A stretch of 64,000 bases of DNA from Octopus vulgaris. Its lineage: Eukaryota. The notes under the pieces are model-generated. The model made no database searches. It had not been told where the DNA came from and saw only the letters and a list, made by a program, of their open reading frames with translations. A program made the position numbers and the translations under genes. Shown in pieces: positions 56,389 through 64,000 of this stretch. Position 1 is the stretch's first letter, and the number at the start of each line of letters is the position of its first letter. The stretch is taken from NCBI GenBank assembly GCA_951406725.2, contig OX597827.1, positions 20,460,001 to 20,524,000 on the forward strand, read 5' to 3'.

Positions 56389-58374
56389 GTAGCTGAAAAT
56401 GTCAACAACTCTGATTCTTCAGATGAAGATATTCCACAACGGCAGAAATTCCGACACCCACATCGTTCACGACCTCGACAAGTTGGTGCAAACCGAGTTT
56501 TGAAAGATCATAACAGTCAACAAGTGGAGCAGGTCACTGCCACTGCTGTCAAGAAGAAACCACAGATTTCAGAAAGCTTACAGTCAGCTGCTCTTCTTAA
56601 ACAAAAGCCTCCGACTGGTGCTGGGAGACGAAATGTTTGGGACCAGGAGAATACAGGTTTCACGATGCAGGAACCCAATTTAGCTTTTAGAAATGTTTAT
56701 TTGAATTCTCACACATCACATTTCAATAATGTCCAGAAGGTAGATAAAACTGATTGGGTCCAGAAAACTGTCACAAACCCAGCTGATGGTCAGACTGCAT
56801 CAAATGCAGAGCTTTCCAATAGATTGCATGCAACCAGGAGTTCTCGCAGCGGAAGGCAGTCTGCTCCATGCAATATTGCAATGTCTGTCGACCCAGAAGA
56901 ATCTGAAGAAGAATGGTCCATCCAGTGTGACCCAAATGCTGATAAACACTTTGTTGTTGGTTATGTTGGAACGATCGAGATGCCTGGTGACAAAAATTCC
57001 CAGCATGCTCGGTTGCAGTCCTTTCATAATGCAGTACGCAGGTTGAGACTTGAGAAGAAGATTCACACACTTGTTGCTTTAACAATCTCAGTAAATGGTG
57101 TGAAACTGACAAATGCTGTGCGTAAGGTCCTGGCTGTGTACCCCGTGCACAGGATTATGTTTTGTGGCATCTGTCCTGATGACAACCTCTATTTTGGTAT
57201 TGTAACTTCAAATTGTTCGAGTGATGGAAATGAATCCATAAGACTGGAGTATGCCCCTAGTTTCTCTTGTCATGTGTTTAAAGTAAATACTGACATTCAG
57301 GCACATTACATGCATGCACAGAAAGCTCGTGTCTTTCAGTTTGAATGCACTCGCAGCCGAGACTTACGCCGTTGCTTTGAGTTTCCCCAAACTGCACTTC
57401 CAGTCATTGAGCCGATCTCTGCCCTTTATAGAGACAGACAAAACAGTCAAGACAATTTCCCCATCACTCAAGTATTTAATGAACCATCCGTCACTCCAGT
57501 TCAGAATGTTGCTGTAAACAGCAGCGTCAGCAGCAGCAGCAGTAGCTGTAGTAATAGTGACAGTGGTCTTGGTTTTGGAAGGGATGACTCCCGTAATGAA
57601 GCCGTGTTTGTGGTTGACATGAACCAGTTACCTAATGATCAATACAGAATGACCAATGGCAACATGAACAGACATTCTCTCCCGTCACAATCTCTCCATC
57701 AACATTTGTCTCCATCTGTCGATACAATGCCCACCCCACAATCAGCGTTCCGTTCAACCAGTGCCGCAAACATGCATGCCCAAACCAAAATCATTTCCAA
57801 TAACGAAGACCCAAAACAAGGTCGTTTGACTCTAAGAGCCATGCCTGACCCTGTCTTGGATTTACCCTCTCCTTTTGAGCAGCCAATCTGCAGCAACACA
57901 AAAGTTTCTGACCAAAATTCAAGCACTACAGGCATTCTTTCATACAAGTATCGTTCCAAGCAGGGTGTGGAACACAGATCTCGGAGCCGAGAAACAGTTT
58001 CCAAAACAAATTCTACCAATCAACAACGTTTGTCTTCAGTGGAACGTAAGTTTGAACCCCGTCCACTGTCAGCCCCTTATCACCAACTTTCCAATGGGAA
58101 ATTGACTGTTGTCAATTGTTCTTCAAATACTGACTTTCTTGATGATAAATTGAGTCCCAGAGCAACTCCTTGTAATTCCAAATTTAAAATTAGGTCACCA
58201 TCAGCACCTCCACCAGGCTGTGCTACTGTTGAAGACTCAGAATTTGAGCAGAATGTTCGGCGCCCTCTTGAGGAGATATTTGCAATATTCGACTGTGACC
58301 GAAATTCAGAAACTTCTGTTGAATCTGCAACTGTTCGGAGGTTTTCAGAAGGTTTTGCTGCGAAGCTCAACAAG
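56389..58374 (+). CDS. RGS12: RGS12/loco-like, large coding exon (end of PDZ, PTB/PID domain, Ser-rich disordered region)
   Basis: Acceptor ctttctttctttctgcag| at 56388. Reads VAENVNNSDSSDED, continuing the PDZ in phase 0 and in frame with the 56500 ORF. Contains PTB motifs VVGYVGTIEMP, RRLRLEKKIH, CPDD..FGIVT, SCHVF and NSDSGLG as in RGS12. Donor AAG|GTAGGC after 58374; 1986 nt, phase 0. Confidence 0.92.
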
Positions 58375-59226
58375 GTAGGCTACAAAATTTGAATTTTGTT
58401 GTCAGTTTTATTATTTTCTGCTTAACTGTTAATAAGGTGGCCACAACTCAAGAGTACCAAAATCTTGTGAGTAGTGAATAGTTGGGAGTTCTAATAGTTG
58501 CTAACTTGAGGAAACAAATGGCTTAGGATTAGAAACTTGATAATTTTAGAGTATGGGTCCAGATATTTTGTGATAACTGGCAGTCCAGAATAAGAAAGAT
58601 ATACTGACTCCAAGTCCAGTCTGGAGCAACTAGGAAAATTTATTTTGCTGGACATTTTAGTTGATGATAACTAATGGCTATGAGTTTAATAGTAGTTCTC
58701 AGTCTTGGATATCTTTCATTGCTCTTATTCTGTTCCTACTTGTATTTCAATTGATCTGAAGACTAAGAGAATATATTTTTTCATTAATTTGGGAGAGTTG
58801 TACCTCCTTATTGTACATATTGTATAAGTAATCAGATTTGATCATTGAGAATTAAATATGTTAACTTTAAATAAGGTGTTTATCCTTTAGCCAGCTGACT
58901 AACACAGTATTGTCAGGACCAATTGTAACTCCCAATTTCAATAAAAGATTGACAGCCTTCCAATATAAGTTCTTGCTATTACCTCTAACGTGTGTCCCCA
59001 TTCAAATGGCCTTGCTGCCTCTTGCAAGCTGACTCTCATATGCAGTCACATTCTCTTTCTCACTCCAACCCACACTCTAGGAAATCCTCTTATCTAAAAC
59101 AGAAGAGAATAAGTTTTGTCTGTTTACTCCTTTTCCCGTTACTCAATGTTCTTCTATTTGTTTATTAATATGTATATCAATTTTCTTTAATTAAATCATT
59201 AACTGATTAATTTCTGTTTATGTCAG

Positions 59227-59328
59227 GCTGATTCTAAACCACCAATTAATAGTAGTGGTACACATAAATGGAAGAAAGTGGGATCATTTCGACGACCGAA
59301 AATATCCAAGTTAAGTCATTCTCATGAG
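59227..59328 (+). CDS. RGS12: Probable next RGS12 exon (ADSKPPINSSGTHKWKKVGSFRRPKISKLSHSHE)
   Basis: tttctgtttatgtcag| acceptor, 102-nt open phase-0 frame, donor GAG|GTTAGT. Compatible with the phase-0 end of the preceding exon. Too short for the ORF track. Confidence 0.65.
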
Positions 59329-59503
59329 GTTAGTGTTTAAAAGTTGTTTACATAAATATATCAAATTTGTTTAGTTTTTATTAGTCTTGGAGGTTTATCT
59401 CAATCCTTGGGACAGAATTGGATTAATTGATGATCCATGTTAAAAATTGCTTGTTTTAATTTTCCATCAGAACATCACAGAAAGAAGATAAAGTAGAATA
59501 CAT

Positions 59504-59827
59504 GATTTCACCCCAGGACTTATTCTTTATAAGCTTAGTACTTATTCTATCATTGTCTTTTGTCAAACCTATAAGTTATGGGGACATAAACACACCAACA
59601 TCAGTTATCAAGTGATGTTGGTGGGGACAAACACAGATACATACATACAAATCCATATATATATATGACAGGCTTCTTTCAGTTTCTGTCTACCAAACCC
59701 ACTCACAAGGCTTTGGCTGGCCTCAGGTTATAGTAAAAGACACCTGCCCAAGGTACCATGCAGTGGGACTAAACCTGGAACAATGTAGTTGGGAAGCTAC
59801 CTTCTTACTGCACAGCCATGCTGCCTA
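59504..59827 (-). mobile_element. SINE family A, RGS12 intron, antisense
   Basis: Reverse-complement match; essentially all CpGs decayed. Further partial copies at ~49535-49735(-), ~50452-50582(-), ~55130-55290(+), ~56240-56320(-), ~61996-62155(+). Confidence 0.85.
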
Positions 59828-59851
59828 CACCAGTATATATATATATGCATA

Positions 59852-60060
59852 TCTCTTATATAAAATACGTTCTGTCTGTGTGTGTGTGTGTGGCTTCTAG
59901 GATCTCAGGCATCCTCAATCTGATTGCGCTCAAATTTGATATATAGATACCAATGGTATCAGGGCATGTATAAGTCTTGAAAAAATTACGAAAATCGATT
60001 CCAGGTGAGAATGCGATCAATAAAGCCGTGGGAAATCATTTTTTTTTTGGAATAGAAAAA
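59852..60060 (+). mobile_element. 5' fragment of a Helitron-like element
   Basis: A|TCTCTTATATAAAA...TCTGTCTGTG start like the other copies; 3' CTAG end not found. Confidence 0.45.
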
Positions 60061-60612
60061 AAGTCTATCTTTATTTCTTCTTTTGCTGGTATCTCAAATT
60101 CAGGTTAAATCAGTGTTTCTCAAAGGGGAAGCCTATGGGACAGTTGGATAAGTTGTTTTGAGAAAATTTGGTTTAAATGTTTGACAACTCAGCACCGTCC
60201 ATTGGATGGGGGTGGAAGGCGTTTTGCTTATATATATATATAATTTATACATGGCTCAGTGGTTAGAGCGTTGAGCTTACAATTGTGAGGTTGTGAGTTC
60301 GAATCCTGGACTGGGCTGCACGTTGTGTTCTTGAGAAGACACTTTATTTCATGTTGCTCCAGTTCACTCAGCTGTAGAAATGAGTTGCAATGTCACTGGT
60401 GCCAAGCTGTATCGGCCTTTGCCTTTCCCTTGGATAACACTGGTGGCGTGGAGAGGGGAGGCCGGTATGCATGGGCGACTGCTGGTCTTCGATAAAAACA
60501 ACCTTGCCCAGACTTGTACCTGGGAGGGTAACTTTCTAGGTGCAATCCCATGGTCAGTCATGACTGAAGGAGGTCTCAGCAATTTATACACACTTATATT
60601 TATTTAAATATA

Positions 60613-61876
60613 TATTGGGTTGTCCAGAAGTTTGTGCCGATTTTTAAAGGAAAGAAAAAGGTCAATAAATACTTGCCATTACATTTTTATTCAACAAAGT
60701 ATGAACCATTTTGTTGCACAATGCATCTCCATCTTACCTTTAACTTGAAAATACCCTCTTCCCAGAATTGAGGAGGTTTCATGGCAAAGAATTCATCAAG
60801 GTATCTTTTTACTTCATCCAAGGAATTGAAATTTTACCATTAAGACTATTCTGCAGAGACCTGAATAAATGGAAATCCAAAGGAGCAATATCTGGTGAAT
60901 ATGGAGGGTCGGGTAACAAATCCCAGCCGAGCTGCAGCAATTTTTGTCTGGTTCCCAAAGAAACGTGCAGTCTTGCATTATCATGTTGGAAGACAACACC
61001 CTTCCTGTTGGCCAATTGTGGATGTTTCTCTTGAATTGCTGCTTTCAACTCGTCCAGTTGTGTGCAGTATTTCTCAGAATTAATTGTCTGGTTACTTGGG
61101 AGAAGCTCATAGTACAGTATTCCTTTCCAATCGCACCAGACACAAAGCAAGACTTTTTTAGGGTGAAGACCCGCTTTGGGGCTGGCTAAGGGTAGCTCAT
61201 GTTGCTTACTCCAGGATCGCTTTCTCTGAACATTTTGGTAGATAATCTATTTCTCATCACCTGTCACAATTTGCTTTAAAAAAGGCACGTTTTCATTCCG
61301 TTATAAAGCGAATCACAGATGGAAATGCGATCCAAAAGGTTCTTCTCACTCAATTCATGTGGTCCCCAAACATCATAGCGATTTGTGTGCCCAAGCTTTA
61401 CCAGGTGCTCATGAACGACAGATTTTGATAGGTTGAGGCTTTCTCTCAATTCTCGGGTTGCGCAATGTTGGTTATTCTCAATTAATGACTTGATTTGGTC
61501 ATCATCTGTAGTGGATGATCTGCCTGATTGATCTTTATCAATAAGGCTACAATCTCCAGCTCAGAACCTTGCGAACCACTTCTGTACAGTTCTTTCTGAT
61601 AAAGACATCTCCGTAAACTGCGCATATTTCTTTGGTTGTTTGTGAGGCGTTTTTCCCTTTACAGAAAAAGAAAAGCATCAAGTGCCGGAAATGAACTTTC
61701 TTATCTTCCATTATAAAGGGTTACAGAATTAACACAAGTTATAGGAACATAAACCTTCTTTCATGAAAAGATAGCTTAAACTGTGCTCTAAATGGAGGTG
61801 TAGCCAAATCCTATTTTATGGACTCAACCATGTTCTGAAATAAGTCGAAAAGTAAGCTACTATAAATCAGCACGGA
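60613..61876 (-). mobile_element. Mariner (Tc1/mariner) transposon, defective
   Basis: TIR tattgggttgtccagaagtttgtgccgattt after TA at one end; truncated partner aaatcagcacg at ~61864-61876. Confidence 0.9.
60687..61711 (-). pseudogene. Mariner transposase pseudogene
   Basis: MEDKKVHFRHLMLFFF.KGKNASQT N-terminus, WGPHEL (WVPHEL), IVTGDEK* (stop), MLCVWCDWKGILYYELL, FQHDNAR.H, YSPDIAP.DFHLFRSL; frameshifts and stops. Confidence 0.92.
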
Positions 61877-62595
61877 TGATGCATCCCAAAGCATCTGTGA
61901 GACATGTCTTGGAATGTGTATTGTGTATACACACACACATCCTGCATGGAAAATGGATGTTTAATGATCATTATGATGATAATATATATATATATAGGGG
62001 CAGAGATATGGCTGTGATTAAGAAGCTTGCTTCCCAGCGATATGTTTTTTGGTTTAGTTCCACTACTTTCTGCCTTGGCAAATGTTTTCCATTACAAACT
62101 CAGGTCAAACAAAGCCTTGTGAGTGGATTTAGTGGATGGAAACTGAAAGAAGCCCATCTTCCACAGAAGATTAATAATAAAGGAGACTGCTTCTATAATG
62201 GTGATGCTTGTCTACTCACACACACGTGTGTGAGTGTGTGTGTGTGTGCATATGTCTGCTTCTGTTGACATTATGCCATAGTTGTGAATGAGTGTCACCA
62301 TTATAGAAATGATGTCCTTCATCACCAATTTTCCATGGAAACCTGTTTGACCCTGAGGAAATACCAACCTAACTTGGAAACAGAAAAGGATGAGCAGAAA
62401 GTAGAGTATCCAGGTGTAGAAAATCTACCACAGGGAATTCTGTCTGACCCAAGGAAGCTTGGAAAAAGTGGATGATGATATATAGATGTGTGTGTGTGTC
62501 TGTCTCTTTCTCTCTCTCTCTCCATATGTATATTATATTTACAGATATATATATATATATGTAAATATAATATGTGACAATTATTCGGTAGCCAT

Positions 62596-62656
62596 GATTA
62601 AATTCCGAGTTTCATATGTCGGGGCAGAAACCCACGCCAGCATCTCTTCAGTTATC
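62596..62656 (-). ncRNA. Degenerate hammerhead motif (different family)
   Basis: Minus GATAA-CTGAAGA-GATG...CATAT-GAAA-CTCGGAA-TT-TAATC next to a TA-rich tract. Confidence 0.45.
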
Positions 62657-62683
62657 AGGCCATCGGAAAAAATGCTATGAAAT

Positions 62684-63400
62684 TCATCATCGTTTAACGT
62701 CCGCTTTCCATGCTAGCATGTGTTGGACCATTTGACTGTGGACTAGCGAACCAGATAGCTGCACCAGGCTCCAAACTGATCTGGCAGAGTTTCTACAGCT
62801 AGATTCCCTTCCTAACGCCAACCACTCTGAGAGTGTAGTGCGTGCTTTTAAGTGCCACCGGCACGAGGGCCAGTCAGGCGGTACTGGCAACAGCTGTGCT
62901 CATATAGTGTTTTTTATGTGCCACTTGCACAGGAGCCAGTCCAGTGGCACTGGCAACAACCTCGCTTGAATGTTTTTTTCACGTGCCACCAGCACAAGTG
63001 CCAGTAAGGCGACACTGGTAATGATCACGCTCGAATGGTGCTTTTTACATGCCACCAGCATGGAAGCCAGTCAGCTGCTCTGGCAACGATCACGCTCGGA
63101 TGGTGCTCTTAGCGCTCCACTAGCACGGATGCCAGTCATCGAATTTGATTTCGATGCTTGAGAAGAAGACCCATCAAAACCAAGTAAAATTGCAGTCATG
63201 GCAGGTATTGGTGTCACGTAAATGGCACCTGTGCTGGTGGCACATAAAAGCATCTATTACACTCTCAGAGTGGTTGGCATTTGGAAGGGCACCCAACCAT
63301 AGAAAACCATGCCAAATCAGACTGGAGTCTGGTGCAGCCTTCCAGCTTGCCAGCCCTGGTCAAACCCTCCAACCCATGCCAGCTAAATGACGATGATGGT
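62684..63400. mobile_element. Two head-to-head LINE 3' tails (minus 62684-~63130, plus ~63160-63400)
   Basis: Each ends outward in the (TGA)n tail; ~62710-62865 is a diverged reverse complement of ~63230-63382. Confidence 0.8.
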
Positions 63401-64000
63401 GATATATACACACACACACACACGTACACACACACAAATATCTATGATATTGTGAGCTTTGTCTCTACATGTGTGTGGGGGGCAGGTAATAAATGTTGTC
63501 ATAAAGACAACATTATGTTAAATCATTCAAGTCTCGGCTTGTCTGTAACCCCCACCAACCCCACTTTTCTCCTGTTTCTTTTTTTTTTTTCTTTCACTTG
63601 ATATATTGTCAACCTGGGTGCATGTGTATATATGTTTTGTGATGGAATGTCTTAGTGCATACCCATACATCCTTTCTGCTCTCCAGCTGTCCTTGTTTAT
63701 TTTATGATCCCTGTTTCCAAAGGAAAAACTGCCAGACTACCTTCTATCACTCCACGCTCTCTCTCCTGACATAGCTATACAAACATTGACTCCATGCTGC
63801 TGCTGCACTTGTTGCTGCTGCTGCTGCACTTGTTGCTGCTGCACTTGTTGCTGCTGCACTTGCTGCTGTCACTGTTGTTTCTAAATTTGTTAATTTATTA
63901 CATTATTAATTCAACAAAATATTAATTAAATAATGGACTAATTATAACAATAACAATTAACTATAACAACAGTCATTCATTATAAAAGCAGCAGTTAATT

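Noticed and set aside
56500-58392. 630-aa ORF as a standalone intronless gene
   Set aside because: It starts at TTG inside an exon; splice sites at 56389 and 58374 and PDZ continuity show it is an internal exon.

Overview
Eukaryotic, AT-rich, microsatellite-dense DNA. The SINE/LINE/microsatellite landscape strongly suggests an octopus (cephalopod) genome; this is inferred from pattern recognition, not a search. One host gene is clear: the 5' coding part of an RGS12/loco-type gene on +, with a PDZ exon (53653-53928), a 2-kb PTB exon (56389-58374) and a probable small third exon (59227-59328); the RGS domain lies beyond the window. The rest is mostly mobile DNA. It includes three tRNA-derived SINE families, RTE, R4/Dong and L1/Tx1 LINE fragments, non-autonomous Helitrons, a dead mariner and a decayed hAT transposase. 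It also holds five copies of a ~400-450 bp MITE (29-bp GG-terminal TIRs, 8-bp TSDs, internal TTAGGG tracts) and a 553-bp foldback relative. Most notable observations: (1) several hammerhead-ribozyme motifs in short (TA)n-embedded elements, one apparently intact; (2) the telomere-repeat-carrying MITE/foldback family; (3) R4/Dong-like LINEs in two different microsatellites; (4) an inverted SINE pair closely bracketing two phase-0 RGS12 exons, a circRNA/ADAR geometry; (5) CpG decay in SINE copies confined to the gene body. Almost all short ORFs in the supplied track are microsatellite or repeat artefacts. Coordinates were read by eye, and repeat boundaries are approximate unless a TSD is given.
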